This document shows positions 37,225 to 50,800 of a stretch of DNA of 64,000 nucleotides, piece by piece; within the stretch, counting starts at the first letter, position 1; each line of letters starts with the position of its first letter. Location: NCBI GenBank assembly GCA_964016885.1, contig OZ024742.1, forward strand, positions 345,588,001 to 345,652,000, in the 5' to 3' direction. The notes below the pieces were generated by a model, which searched no databases, was not told the origin of the DNA, and saw only the letters and a list, made by a program, of their open reading frames with translations. A program made the translations under genes and the position numbers. Source of the DNA: Eledone cirrhosa (Eukaryota).

Positions 37225-39145
37225 TGTATGTGTATGTGTATAGGTGTGTGTATGTGTATAGGTGTGTGTATGTGTATGTGTATGTGTATAGGTATATGTA
37301 TGTGTATGTGTATGTGTATGTGTATAGGTATATGTATGTGTATGTGTATAGGTATATGTATGTGTATGTGTATAGGTATATGTATGTGTATGTGTATAGG
37401 TATATGTATTTGTATGTGTATAGGTATGTGTATTGGTATGTGTATATGTATGTGTATGTGTATAGGTATATGTATGTGTATGTGTATAGGTATATGTATG
37501 TGTATGTGTATAGGTATATGTATTTGTATGTGTATAGGTATGTGTATTGGTATGTGTATAGGTATGTGTATAGGTACATGTATGTGTATGTGTATAGGTA
37601 TATGTATGTGTATGTGTATAGGTATGTGTATAGGTATGTGTATTGGTATGTGTATATGTATGTGTATGTGTATAGGTATGTGTATGTGTATGTGTATAGG
37701 TATGTGTATAGGTATGTGTATAGGTATGTGTATAGGTATGTGTATTGGTATGTGTATATGTATGTGTATGTGTATAGGTATGTGTATGTGTATAGGTATG
37801 TGTATGTGTATGTGTATAGGTATGTGTATAGGTATGTGTATAGGCATGTGTATAGGTATGTGTATATGTATGTGTATGTGTATAGGTATATGTATGTGTA
37901 TGTGTATAGGTATATGTATGTGTATGTGTATAGGTATGTGTATATGTATGTGTATGTGTATAGGTATATGTATGTGTATGTGTATAGGTATGTGTATAGG
38001 TATGTGTATAGGTATGTGTATGTGTATAGGTATGTGTATGTGTATGTGTATAGGTATATGTATGTGTATGTGTATAGGTATGTGTATTGGTATGTGTATA
38101 GGTATGTGTATGTGTATAGGTATGTGTATAGGTATGTGTATATGTATGTGTATGGGTATAGGTATATGTATGTGTATGTGTATAGGTATAGGTATATGTA
38201 TGTGTATAGGTATATGTATGTGTATGTGTATAGCTATGTGTATAGGTATATGTATGTGTATTGGTATGTGTATATGTATGTGTATGTGTATAGGTATATG
38301 TATGTGTATGTGTATAGGTATATGTATGTGTATGTGTATAGGTATATGTATGTGTATGTGTATAGGTACATGTATGTGTATGTGTATAGGTATATGTATG
38401 TGTATTGGTATGTGTATAGGTATGTGTATTGGTATGTGTATATGTATGTGTATGTGTATAGGTATATGTATGTGTATGTGTATAGGTATATGTATGTGTA
38501 TGTGTATAGGTATATGTATGTGTATGTGTATAGGTATATGTATGTGTATTGGTATGTGTATAGGTATGTGTATTGGTATGTGTATATGTATGTGTATTGG
38601 TATGTGTATATGTATGTGTATGTGTATAGGTATATGTATGTGTATGTGTATAGGTATATGTATGTGTATGTGTATAGGTATATGTATGTGTATGTGTATA
38701 GGTATATGTATGTGTATGTGTATAGGTATATGTATGTGTATTGGTATGTGTATAGGTATGTGTATTGGTATGTGTATATGTATGTGTATGTGTATAGGTA
38801 TATGTATGTGTATGTGTATAGGTACATGTATGTGTATGTGTATAGGTATATGTATGTGTATTGGTATGTGTATAGGTATGTGTATTGGTATGTGTATATG
38901 TATGTGTATGTGTATAGGTATATGTATGTGTATGTGTATAGGTATGTGTATAGGTATGTGTATAGGTATGTGTATAGGTATGTGTATTGGTATGTGTATA
39001 TGTATGTGTATGTGTATAGGTATATGTATGTGTATGTGTATAGGTATGTGTATAGGTATGTGTATAGGTATGTGTATAGGTATGTGTATAGGTATATGTA
39101 TGTGTATGTGTATAGGTATGTGTATAGGTATGTGTATGTGTATGT
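37225..39145. repeat. Hexamer-based satellite (gtatgt/gtatag/gtatat/gtattg)
   Basis: Direct reading. Confidence 0.95.
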
Positions 39146-39739
39146 TCGTTTTTTGTGTGTATGTGTTTGTTTGTATGTATATGTGTATATGTATATGTAT
39201 GGGTATATGTGTGTGTACATGTGTGTATGTGTGTGCAAGTGTGAACATCTGTGTATGTGTATATGTGTGCATGTGTGTACATGTATACATGTGTGTATGT
39301 ATGTATATATGTGTATGTATGTATGTGTGTATACGTGTAAATCGGTGTTCGTGTGTATATGTGTATATGTGTATATGTGTATATCTTTGTGTGTATATAT
39401 GTATGTAAGTATATGTTTGAGTATGTATGTATATGTTTGTGCGAATGTGTGTATGTATATGTGTGTGTGTGTATATGTGTGTGTGTATGTATGTATATGT
39501 TTGTGTGTATATATATATGTATGTATAGCTCTGTGTGTATATATATGTATGTATATGTTTGTGTGTATATGTATGTATATGTTTGTGTGTATATGTATGT
39601 ATATGTTTGTGTGTATATGCATGTATATGTTTGTGTGTATATGTATTTATATATGTATATATATGTCTATGTACACGTTGATTGCTGAAGAGATAGAATG
39701 GAATAAAATTAAACGTTAAAATACGTCAGAATTAACATC

Positions 39740-40005
39740 GCCACCACCATCACCATCATCAACACCATCAATACCACCACCAACACCTCCACTACCACTA
39801 CCATCATCCCACCGCCACCACCACCACCACCACCACCACCATCACCACCACCTTCCCCACCACCACCATCGCCCCCACCATCATCACCCCCCCCCCCACA
39901 CACCCCACCCCACCCCATCGCCACCACCATCATCACCCACCCCCACCCCGACCACCACCCCAACCCCACCACCAGCACCACCATCACCACCACCATCATC
40001 ACCAT
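39740..40005. repeat. (CAC)n / C-rich tract
   Basis: Direct reading. Confidence 0.85.
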
Positions 40006-40248
40006 TAACCTCAACATTAGTGCAGTATATTCCCACAAACGTACTAACCATTACTTTGCCTATAAAACTATTTATCTCTTATTTTCTGCCTATTTTATAT
40101 TCTTACTTAATGTTGGTGGCCACTATTACTTCTCTATGTTAGACTACTATAGGTTAGTTAAGACAGATGGCTCAGTGGTTAGGGCTTTGGGTTCTGTATT
40201 GTAATGTTTATAATTACATGTTTTGTGGAGATTATTTGGAAGTTCTTG

Positions 40249-40298
<50 letters not shown>

Positions 40299-40330
40299 GG
40301 GAAATGTGTGAGATCCTTGGTACAGTTAGG

Positions 40331-40450
40331 TATATTTGAAAAAAAGGAAAAGAATGACTTCACTTGTAGTTCTAAACAATTTGATTTAATATAATATTAT
40401 GAGTCGGTAGATCTCTAGTGAAGTCATTATTTTCCTTTTTTTCAAATATA
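40331..40450. repeat. Inverted repeat, about 34-bp arms, in a (TA)n-flanked insert
   Basis: tatatttgaaaaaaaggaaaagaatgacttcact / agtgaagtcattattttccttttttcaaatata. Confidence 0.8.
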
Positions 40451-40562
40451 TATATATATATATATTAGGTAATTCCGAAGAAAAAGCAAAGGAAAAAAGA
40501 GTGCTCTATGTATAGAACAGAGCTATTTAATTAGAGAGTGAACAACACAATATATAACTATT

Positions 40563-40625
40563 CCATTACGAAAGGTTTCTGGGCCCTAGACAATATTAAT
40601 ATACGTCTGGATCGTTCATCAGACA
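40563..40625 (-). ncRNA. Degenerate hammerhead motif
   Basis: Minus strand: tgt CTGATGA acgatccAGAC..GTCTagggccca GAAA cctttcg TA atgg. Base of stem II is mismatched and stem I is short. Confidence 0.45.
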
Positions 40626-40641
40626 TTATATATATTGGATT

Positions 40642-40812
40642 GGCAGTATCGGTAGAGGGTCGGACGTCATGCTTTGACGCATAGTTACGGCCCTTTCCAT
40701 TCTGAGTTCAAATCCCGCCGAGGTCAACTTTGCCTTTCATCCTTACTGGGTCGATAAAATAAAGTACCAGTAATGAACTGGTTAATTGCTGGCCTTGTGC
40801 CAAAAGTAGAAA
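40642..40812 (+). mobile_element. tRNA-derived SINE (family A)
   Basis: A-box-like tggcagtatcgg, B-box gagttcaaatccc, and conserved body gtcaactttgcctttcatcc...gtcgataaaataaagtaccagt. Confidence 0.78.
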
Positions 40813-40813
40813 C

Positions 40814-40850
<37 letters not shown>

Positions 40851-40880
40851 AAAGAATCGAGGTGTAACACACGAGTTATG

Positions 40881-41036
40881 ATATATTGGTAAACGGAAAA
40901 GAAAATGGTGACAAATTGTTCCCAGTGAAAACAAAACAAAACTGAATACTAACCAATACTATTACTAATTTTTACTTATTCCTAATTAAACTATTTTTCA
41001 CTGGGAACAATTTTTCACCATTTTCTTTTCCGTTTA

Positions 41037-41045
<9 letters not shown>
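40881..41045. repeat. Inverted repeat, about 50-bp arms, in a (TA)n-flanked insert
   Basis: atattggtaaacggaaaagaaaatggtga..gttcccagtgaaaa / ttttcactgggaac..tcaccattttcttttccgtttaccaatat. Confidence 0.85.
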
Positions 41046-41083
<38 letters not shown>

Positions 41084-41084
41084 A

Positions 41085-41277
41085 AAAAGGTGTGGTAAGA
41101 TACCAGGTGGACCATAACGCACGAGAGTACTCAATACTTAGCGTAGTAGAGTGGGTAATAGGAAAAGGGTGAGGACCCCGACGGCTGAGCTCCGGCCGTT
41201 TCGACTGCTAGATCCGAACTTGCTGTCGAAACAGCTGGAGCTCAGCCGTCGGGTTCCTGACTTTTTCCTATATATAT
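41085..41277 (-). mobile_element. Fold-back element family C
   Basis: ataggaaaag..ccgacggctgagctccggccgtttcgac mirrored by gtcgaaacagctggagctcagccgtcggg..tttttcctat. Confidence 0.7.
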
Positions 41278-41419
41278 AGTCATAGATTTTATAGTCACTG
41301 CCCCCATCTCTCCCGCTCCCCTATCTCTCACTATTATAGCGGGGCCACTGTGCTGGGCGCCCGGTGGTCCCGGCTGACAGAATAGAGAGGCATTTTCTGT
41401 GAGTCGGATTCCGGATGGC

Positions 41420-42128
41420 GTGTTGTCGTTGTACCACTGTGTTCTATTATTGTGTCGTTGTGTCGCTGTGGTGTTGTGTCGCTGTGCCGCTGTGTCGCTG
41501 AGTCGCTCTGTCGCTGAGTCGCTGTGGTATTGTGACGTTGTGCCGCTGTGTTGTTGTGTCACTGTGTCGCTGAGTCGCTGTGTCGCTGAGTCGCTGTGGT
41601 ATTGTGACGTTGTGCCGCTGTGTCCTTGTGTCACTGTGTCGCTGAGTCGCTGTGTTGTTGCGTCGCTGTGTTGTTGCGTCGCTGTGTTGTTGTGTCCTTG
41701 TGTTATTGTGTCGCTGTGTTTTTGTGTCGCTGTGTCGCTGTGTTGTTGTGTCGTTGTGATGTTGTGTTTTTGTGTCGCTGTGTCGCTGTGTTGTTGTGTC
41801 GCTGTGTTGTTGCGTCATTGTGTCGCTGTGTTTTTGTGTCGCTGTGTTGTTGTGTCATTGTGTCGCTGTGTTGTTGTGTCGCTGTGTTGTTGTGTCGCTG
41901 TGTCGCTGTGTTGTTGTGTCGCTGTGTTGTGTGGCTGTGTTGTTGTGTGGCTGTGTTGTTGTATCGCTGTCTCTGTGTCGCTGTGTCATTGTGTCGCTGT
42001 GTTGTTGTGTCGTTGTGATGTTGTGTTGGTGTGTTGTGTTGTTGTGCCGTGTTACGTTGTGTCGCTGTGTCACTGTGTTGTGCCGCTATGTTTTTGTATC
42101 GCCGTGTCTCTGTGTCGCTGTATCGCTG
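41420..42128. repeat. 8-bp-based repeat (tgtgtcgc/tgtgttgt)
   Basis: Direct reading. Confidence 0.88.
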
Positions 42129-42129
42129 A

Positions 42130-42345
42130 ACAGAACACTTTACTCCAGTTGCTCTACTAGCCGACTCAGCTGATAAAAAGTTAGTTTCTACATGTAATTC
42201 TCAAAGCGGGCATTGTCACACACTGATACATTGAATCTCCATGAGAACAACATACACGTGTCTGTGGAATGCTCGGGCATCTGCAAGTTAATTTCACGAG
42301 CAAGTTTTTCCCTTCGTTCAAAAAAGTGGAGCACTTGTCATGGGA
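42130..42345 (+). mobile_element. SINE family B body/tail
   Basis: ttgtcacacactg..tgaatctcc..acacgtgtctgtggaatgctc..gttaatttcacgagc. Confidence 0.62.
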
Positions 42346-42464
42346 ACAATCGGAATTCTAATTTACTATAAACATGTAATAATGATATTAACATTTTGAA
42401 TAATAAATAAATAATGGCATAAACTTTTTATCTAATCTGTTAGATTTGTTTTAGAAATCCTGGT

Positions 42465-42840
42465 GCCCCTGTACGAGGCCACTGTCCCTTAAATACACAG
42501 CATTCCCTTTGAAAAAGATGATATCTCTGTGTAAGATCACCCTCCCTCAAATACATAACATACCATCTCAATAAGAGGGTGTCACTGTGTGAGGCCACCC
42601 TCCCTCAAATACATAACATACCACCTGAATAACAGGATGCCCCTGTGTGAGGCCACCCTCCCTCAAATACACAACATACCATCTGAATAACAGGATGCCC
42701 CTGTGTGAGGCCACCCTCCCTCAAATACACAACATAACACTAGAAATAAGTAGTATCAAAGTTTAAGGTTACGGTCCGTCAAAAATACAACATAACATTT
42801 GAATAAGGGTCTGTCCTGTGTCTTCCTCAAATATGCAACA
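42465..42840. repeat. About 57-bp minisatellite
   Basis: ctgtgtgaggccaccctccctcaaatacacaacatacc repeated, with degenerate flanking copies. Confidence 0.82.
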
Positions 42841-42919
42841 TTCTATTTATAAAGATGAACATCTCAAATACCCAATATTCTATTTTCACACAACACACAC
42901 ACACATATATATATATTTA

Positions 42920-42974
<55 letters not shown>

Positions 42975-43034
42975 TTTTTTAATTATAAAATCTTTACATA
43001 CGGTAATTACCCAAAGCCTGACCTTCGCCTTCTA

Positions 43035-43103
43035 AGACGCATAGTGATTTTGGGGTCAAATTTTTTGGGGAAGAGCGCGTCCTATATTCCGAAAAATACG
43101 GTA
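43035..43103. mobile_element. Solo Tc1/mariner (pogo-like) terminal repeat remnant
   Basis: Ends in ..gcgtcctatattccgaaaaatacggTA, which resembles TA|CCGTATTTTTCGG-type TIRs. No partner TIR was found. Confidence 0.45.
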
Positions 43104-43202
43104 TATATATGAATATTTATATATATATATATATTTGTTTTTTTTTTGTTTTTTTACCGATGCCCGTGATTAGGAGCAATAAGATATTAAATAAGTACTT
43201 AC

Positions 43203-43573
43203 CTTTCCACACAAACAGCTACCAGTGTCATTACAGACGTGTACAGAGATACCACCAAAAGGTAACGGATGATTTTACATGAGGCCTGATTCAAAATCCA
43301 CCCTCGGTTTAGAACAAATTGTACTAAGTCAGGTATTCCAATTAACAGTAGAATCAGATCTGCTACCGCCAGATTCATAATAAACATATTTGTCACAGAA
43401 GTTCGCATTTTCCGATCGGAGAGCACTACGAATATGACAAGCCCGTTGCCGATAATACCGACCATTTCTATAAAGAAGAAAAAGCCTGATAATAAGATTA
43501 CAGTTTGCTGTGAAGAGGGTCCGATAGGGGTCTCGTTGAAGAACGGTATAACAATGCTGGTGTTATTCTCCAT
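43203..43573 (-). CDS. First coding exon (TM1-TM3) of a rhodopsin-like class A GPCR, neuropeptide-receptor type
   Basis: Translation MENNTS(N-glycosylation sequon)...GIIGNGLVIFVV (TM1 GN), TNMFIMNLAVADL (TM2 LAxAD), W..CK (ECL1/TM3 Cys), TLVAVCVER (E/DRY). Ends at a phase-2 donor AG|GTAAGT (GT at 43202-43201). Pyrimidine-rich tract and AG lie just upstream of the ATG. Ligand subfamily cannot be assigned from sequence alone. Confidence 0.93.
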
Positions 43574-44897
43574 GTTACTAACTTTACAATGGGATAGATA
43601 TAAAGATAGATATATATAGAGATAGATAGACAGATAGATAGGTAGAGAGAGAGAAGGAGAGAGAGAGACAAACAGATAGGTAGATATAGAGATAGATAGA
43701 TAGATAGATTCACTCGCTGTTAGAGCACATAGAGGAGACAACACAGGTACATGTGTTCACCTTATACAGAAACTGAGACAAAATATAAACACACAAACAC
43801 ACACGCAAACGTACACACGTACACACAAACAAATACAAACCTACACAGCTTCAAACAGACTCACATATACACACACACACAAACATATATATCTACACAC
43901 AAACCTATACAGACTCAAACAAACACACAGACACACAAACATACACACGAACAAACTTAATCTTAAACATAAATACAAACACAGGCTTACACAGACACAC
44001 ATAACATGCACACATATTACACACAGGCTTACACAGACAGATATATCATGCACACACGTGCACACGGACATGAAACTAAACATGCTTGTACGTAATCACA
44101 CACACAGGTTCAAACTAACACACACACAAACGTAAATAGAGGCGCACAAACGCACACACGAATGTACATACGTATACATCATCACAAGAAAAAACGTGCA
44201 GACACACACACGAATGTACACATGTACACACACATACAAACAGACGTTATAACGCACACACACACACACACACACACAATAAGGCGCACATGCGTACGAC
44301 CGTGCCCACACGCACACGTACACACAAACAAACGCACAAATTGTGACGCATTAACACATACGAACGTACACACTGTAACACACAGACACACACGTACGAA
44401 CGTATACACAGTAACACACAGACACACACGTACTAACGTACACACACTAACACACAGACACACACGTACTAACGTACACACACTAACACATACACACACT
44501 ACCACACAGACACACACTAAGACATAGACACACACTAACGCACAAATAAACTTAATATAATACACAGACACACGCTAACACACAGACACCCACTAACACA
44601 TAGACACACAAGCACACTAACACACATACACACACACTCAAACACACACACTAACACACACACACACTAACACACAGACACACACTAACACACAGGCTCA
44701 CACATACACACATACACACACACACACTAACACATAGACACACACTAACACACTAAGACACAGACACACACACACACACACACGCACGCGCGCGCGCGCG
44801 CACTAGTGTACACACAATAACACACAGACACAGACACACAGACACACACGCACTACCGGCAAACGTCGGCGGGGTTATCACTTCCTTTCGTTTCTAT

Positions 44898-47800
44898 TGC
44901 TGTTGTTATAAAACTGCTGTTGTTGTTATAGAACTGTTGTTGTTGTAATAGAACTGTTGTTTTTATTATAGAACTGTTGTTGTTATTATAGAACTGTTGT
45001 TATAGAACTGTTGTTATTATAGAACTGTTGTTATTATAGAACTGTTGTTGTTATAGAACTGTTGTTGTTATAGAACTGTTGTTGTTGTTATAGAACTGTT
45101 GTTGTTATTATAGAACTGTTGTTCTTGTTATAGAACTGTTGTTGTCATAGAACTGTTGTTGTTATAGAACTGTTGTTGTTGTTATAGAACTATTGTTGTT
45201 ATTATAGAACTGTTGTTGTTATTATAGAACTGTTGTTATAGAACTGTTGTTGTTATTATAGAACTGTTGTTCTTGTTATAGAACTGTTGTTGTTATAGAA
45301 CAGTTGTTGTTGTTGTAAAACTGTTGTTGTTGTTATAGAACTGTTGTTGTTGTTATAGAACTGTTGTTGTTGTTATAGAACTGTTGTTGTTATTATAGAA
45401 CTGTTGTTGTTGTTATAGGACTGTTGTTATAGAACTGTCGTTGTTGTTATAGGACTGTTGTTATAGAACTGTCGTTGTTGTTATAGAACTGTTGTTGTTA
45501 TTGTTATAGAACAGTTGTTGTTGTTATAGAACTGTTGTTGTTATTATAGAACTGTTGTTGTTGTTATAGGACTGTTGTTATAGAACTGTCGTTGTTGTTA
45601 TAGGACTGTTGTTATAGAACTGTTGTTGTTGTTATAGGACTGTTGTTATAGAACTGTCGTTGTTGTTATAGAACTGTTGTTGTTATAGAACTGTTGTTGT
45701 TGGTATAGAACTGTTGTTGTTATAGAACTGTTGTTGTTGTTATAGAACTGTTGTTGTTATAGAACTGTTGTTGTTATAAAACTGCTGTTGTTGTTATAGA
45801 ACTGTTGTTGTTATAGAACTGTTGCTGTTGTTATAGAACTGTTGTTGTTGTTGCTATAGAACTGTTGTTGTTATAGAACTATTGTTGTTGTTATAAAAGT
45901 GTTGTTGTTGTTGTTATTGAACTGTGGTTGTTGTTATAGAACTGTACTTGTTGTAATAGAACTGTTGTTGTTATAGAACTGTTGTTGTTATAAAACTGCT
46001 GTTGTTGATATAGAACTGTTGCTGTTGTTATAGAACTGTTGTTGTTATAAAACTGCTGTTGTTGTTATAGAACTGTTGTTTTTATAGAACTGTTGTTGTT
46101 ATAGAACTGTTGTTGTTGTTATAGAACTGTTGTTGTTATTATAGAAATATTGTTGTTATAGAACTGTTGTTGTTATTAGAACTATTGTTGTTGTTATATA
46201 ACTGTTGTTGTTGTTGTTATAGAACTGTTGTTGTTGTTATAGAACTGTACTTGTTGTAATAGAACTGTTGTTGTTATAGAACTGTTGTTATTATAAAACT
46301 GCTGTTGTTGTTATAGAACTTTTGTTGTTATAGAACTGTTGTTGTTGTTGTTATAGAACCTGTTGTTGTTATAGAACTGTTGTTGTTGTTATAGAACTGT
46401 TGATGTTATAGAACTGTTGTTGTTGTTATAGAACTGTTGTCGTTGTTATAGAACTGTTGTTGTTGTTATAGAACTGTTGTTGTTGTTGTTATAGAACTGT
46501 TGTTGTTGTTATAGGACTGTTGTTGTTGTCATAGAACTGTTGTTGTTGTTAATAAAACTGTTGTTGTTATAGAACTTTAGTCGTCATAGAACTGTTGTTG
46601 TTATAGAACTGTTGTTGTTATAGAACTGTTGTTGTTATTGTTATAGAACTGTTGTTGCTGTTATAGAACTATTGTTGTTGTTATAGAACTGTTGTTGTTG
46701 TTATAGAACTGTTGTTGTTATAGAACTGTTGTTGTTGTTATAGAACTGTTGTTGTTGTTATAGAACTGTTGTTGTTATAGAACTGTTGTTGTTGTCATAG
46801 AACTGTTATTGTTGTCTCAGAACTATTGTTGTTGTTATAAAACTACTGTTGTTGTTATAGAACTGTTGTCGTTGTTATAGAACTGTTGTTGTTATAGAAC
46901 TGTTGTTGTCATAGAACTGTTGTTGTCGTCATAGAACTGTTGTTTTTGTTATAAAACTGTTGTTGTTGTTGTTATAAAACTGTTGTTGTTGTCATAGAAC
47001 TGTTGTTGTTGTTGTTAATAAAACTGTTGTTCTTGTTATAGTACTGTCGTTGTTATAGAGCTGTTGTTGTTGTTATGGAACTGTTGTTGTTGTTATAGAA
47101 CTGTTGTTGTTGTCATAGAATTGTTGTTGTTGTTATAGAACTGTTGTTGTTATAGAACTGTTGTTGTTATAGAACTGTTGATGTCATAGAACTGTTGTTT
47201 TCATAGAACTGTTGTTGTTATAGAACTGTTGTTGTCATAGAACTGTTGTTGTTATAGAACTGTTTTTGTTATAGAACTTTTGTTGTTGTTATAGAACTGT
47301 TGTTGTTGTTGTTATAGAACTGTTGTTGTTGTTATAGAACTGTCGTTGTTGTTAATAGAACTGTTGTTGTTATAGAACTGTTGTTGTTGGTATAGAACTG
47401 TTGTTGTTATAGAACTGTTGTTGTTGTTATAGAACTGTTGTTGTTATAGAACTGTTGTTGTTAAAAAACTGCTGTTGTTGTTATAGAACTGTTGTTGTTA
47501 TAGAACTGTTGCTGTTGTTATAGAACTGTTGTTGTTGTTGCTATAGAACTGTTGTTGTTATAGAACTATTGTTGTTGTTATAAAAGTGTTGTTGTTGTTG
47601 TTATAGAACTGTTGTTGTTGTTGTAGAACTGTACTTGTTGTAATAGAACTGTTGTTGTTATAGAACTGTTGTTGTTATAAAACTGCTGTTGTTGATATAG
47701 AACTGTTGCTGTTGTTATAGAACTGTTGTTGTTATAAAACTGCTGTTGTTGTTATAGAACTGTTGTTTTTATAGAACTGTTGTTGTTATAGAACTGTTGT

Positions 47801-50800
47801 TGTTATTATAGAAATATTGTTGTTATAGAACTGTTGTTGTTATAGAACTGTTGTTGTTATTAGAACTATTGTTGTTGTTATAGATCTGTTGTTGTTGTTG
47901 TTATAGAACTGTTGTTGTTGTTATAGAACTGTACTTGTTGTAATAGAACTGTTGTTGTTATAGAACTGTTGTTATTATAAAACTGCTGTTGTTGTTATAG
48001 AACTTTTGTTGTTATAGAACTGTTGTTGTTGTTGTTATAGAACCTGTTGTTGTTATAGAACTGTTGTTGTTGTTATAGAACTGTTGATGTTATAGAACTG
48101 TTGTTGTTGTTATAGAACTGTTGTCGTTGTTATAGAACTGTTGTTGTTGTTATAGAACTGTTGTTGTTGTTGTTATAGAACTGTTGTTGTTGTTATAGGA
48201 CTGTTGTTGTTGTCATAGAACTGTTGTTGTTGTTAATAAAACTGTTGTTGTTATAGAACTTTAGTCGTCATAGAACTGTTGTTGTTATAGAACTGTTGTT
48301 GTTATTGTTATAGAACTGTTGTTGCTGTTATAGAACTATTGTTGTTGTTATAGAACTGTTGTTGTTGTTATAGAACTGTTGTTGTTATAGAACTGTTGTT
48401 GTTGTTATAGAACTGTTGTTGTTGTTATAGAACTGTTGTTGTTATAGAACTGTTGTTGTTGTCATAGAACTGTTATTGTTGTCTCAGAACTATTGTTGTT
48501 GTTATAAAACTACTGTTGTTGTTATAGAACTGTTGTCGTTGTTATAGAACTGTTGTTGTTATAGAACTGTTGTTGTCATAGAACTGTTGTTGTCGTCATA
48601 GAACTGTTGTTTTTGTTATAAAACTGTTGTTGTTGTTGTTATAAAACTGTTGTTGTTGTCATAGAACTGTTGTTGTTGTTGTTAATAAAACTGTTGTTCT
48701 TGTTATAGTACTGTCGTTGTTATAGAGCTGTTGTTGTTGTTATGGAACTGTTGTTGTTGTTATAGAACTGTTGTTGTTGTCATAGAATTGTTGTTGTTGT
48801 TATAGAACTGTTGTTGTTATAGAACTGTTGTTGTTATAGAACTGTTGATGTCATAGAACTGTTGTTTTCATAGAACTGTTGTTGTTATAGAACTGTTGTT
48901 GTCATAGAACTGTTGTTGTTATAGAACTGTTTTTGTTATAGAACTTTTGTTGTTGTTATAGAACTGTTGTTGTTATTGTTATAGAACTGTTGTTGTTGTT
49001 ATAGAACTGTCGTTGTTGTTATAGAACTGTTGTTGTTATAGAACTGTTGTTGTTGGTATAGAACTGTTGTTGTTATAGAACTGTTGTTGTTGTTATAGAA
49101 CTGTTGTTGTTATAGAACTGTTGTTGTTAAAAAACTGCTGTTGTTGTTATAGAACTGTTGTTGTTATAGAACTGTTGCTGTTGTTATAGAACTGTTGTTG
49201 TTGTTGCTATAGAACTGTTGTTGTTATAGAACTATTGTTGTTGTTATAAAAGTGTTGTTGTTGTTGTTATAGAACTGTTGTTGTTGTTGTAGAACTGTAC
49301 TTGTTGTAATAGAACTGTTGTTGTTATAGAACTGTTGTTGTTATAAAACTGCTGTTGTTGATATAGAACTGTTGCTGTTGTTATAGAACTGTTGTTGTTA
49401 TAAAACTGCTGTTGTTGTTATAGAACTGTTGTTTTTATAGAACTGTTGTTGTTATAGAACTGTTGTTGTTATTATAGAAATATTGTTGTTATAGAACTGT
49501 TGTTGTTATTAGAACTATTGTTGTTGTTATAGAACTGTTGTTGTTGTTGTGTTGTTGTTATAGAACTGTTGATGTTGTTATAGAACTGTACCTGTTGTAA
49601 TAGAACTGTTGTTGTTATAGAACTGTTGTTGTTATAAAACTGCTGTTGTTGTGATAGAACTTTTGTTGTTATAGAACCTGTTGTTGTTATAGAACTGTTG
49701 TTGTTGTTATAGAACTGTTGATGTTATAGAACTGTTGTTGTTGTTATAGAACTGTTGATGTTATAGAACTGTTGTTGTTGTTATAGAACTGTTGTCGTTG
49801 TTATAGAACTGTTGTTGTTGTTATAGAACTGTTGTTGTTGTTGTTGTTATAGAACTGTTGTTGTTGTTGTTATAGAACTGTTGTTGTTGTTATAGGACTG
49901 TTGTTGTTGTTGTCATAGAACTGTTGTTGTTGTTAATAAAACTGTTGTTGTTATAGAACTGTTATTGTCATAGAACTGTTGTTGTTGTTAATAAAACTGT
50001 TGTTGTTATAGAACTGTTGTTGTTATAGAACTGTTGTTGTTATTGTTATAGAACTGTTGTTGCTGTTATAGAACTATTGTTGTTGTTATAGAACTGTTGT
50101 TGTTGTTATAGAACTGTTGTTGTTATAGAACTGTTGTTGTTGTTATAGAACTGTTGTTGTTATAGAACTGTTGTTGTTGTCATAGAACTGTTATTGTTGT
50201 CTTAGAACTATTGTTGTTGTTATAAAACTACTGTTGTTGTTATAGAACTGTTGTTGTTGTTATAGAACTGTTGTTGTTATAGAACTGTTGTTGTCATAGA
50301 ACTGTTGTTGTCGTCATAGAACTGTTGTTTTTGTTATAAAACTGTTGTTGTTGTTGTTATAGAACTGTTGGTGTTGTTATAGAACTGTACTTGTTGTAAT
50401 AGAACTGTTGTTGTTATAGAACTGTTGTTGTTATAAAACTGCTGTTGTTGATATAGAACTGTTGCTGTTGTTATAGAACTGTTGTTGTTATAAAACTGCT
50501 GTTGTTGTTATAGAACTGTTGTTTTTATAGAACTGTTGTTGTTATAGAACTGTTGTTGTTGTTATAGAACTGTTGTTGTTATTATAGAAATATTGTTGTT
50601 ATAGAACTGTTGTTGTTATTAGAACTATTGTTGTTGTTATAGAACTGTTGTTGTTGTTGTGTTGTTGTTATAGAACTGTTGTTGTTATAAAACTGCTGTT
50701 GTTGTTATAGAACTTTTGTTGTTATAGAACCTGTTGTTGTTATAGAACTGTTGTTGTTGTTATAGAACTGTTGATGTTATAGAACTGTTGTTGTTGTCAT

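Noticed and set aside
37128-39719. 700-860 aa ORFs
   Set aside because: Hexamer satellite open in nearly all frames.
40642-40725. tRNA gene
   Set aside because: A/B-box-like motifs but no cloverleaf; continues into a repeated SINE body.
43574-43744. N-terminal extension of the GPCR ORF in the track
   Set aside because: Runs through a (CTAT)/(CT) microsatellite. MENNTS at 43573 is a better start and gives a normal short N-terminus.
44783-44803. (CG)n Z-DNA-prone run near the GPCR 5' region
   Set aside because: Short and embedded in a CA microsatellite; no evidence of function.
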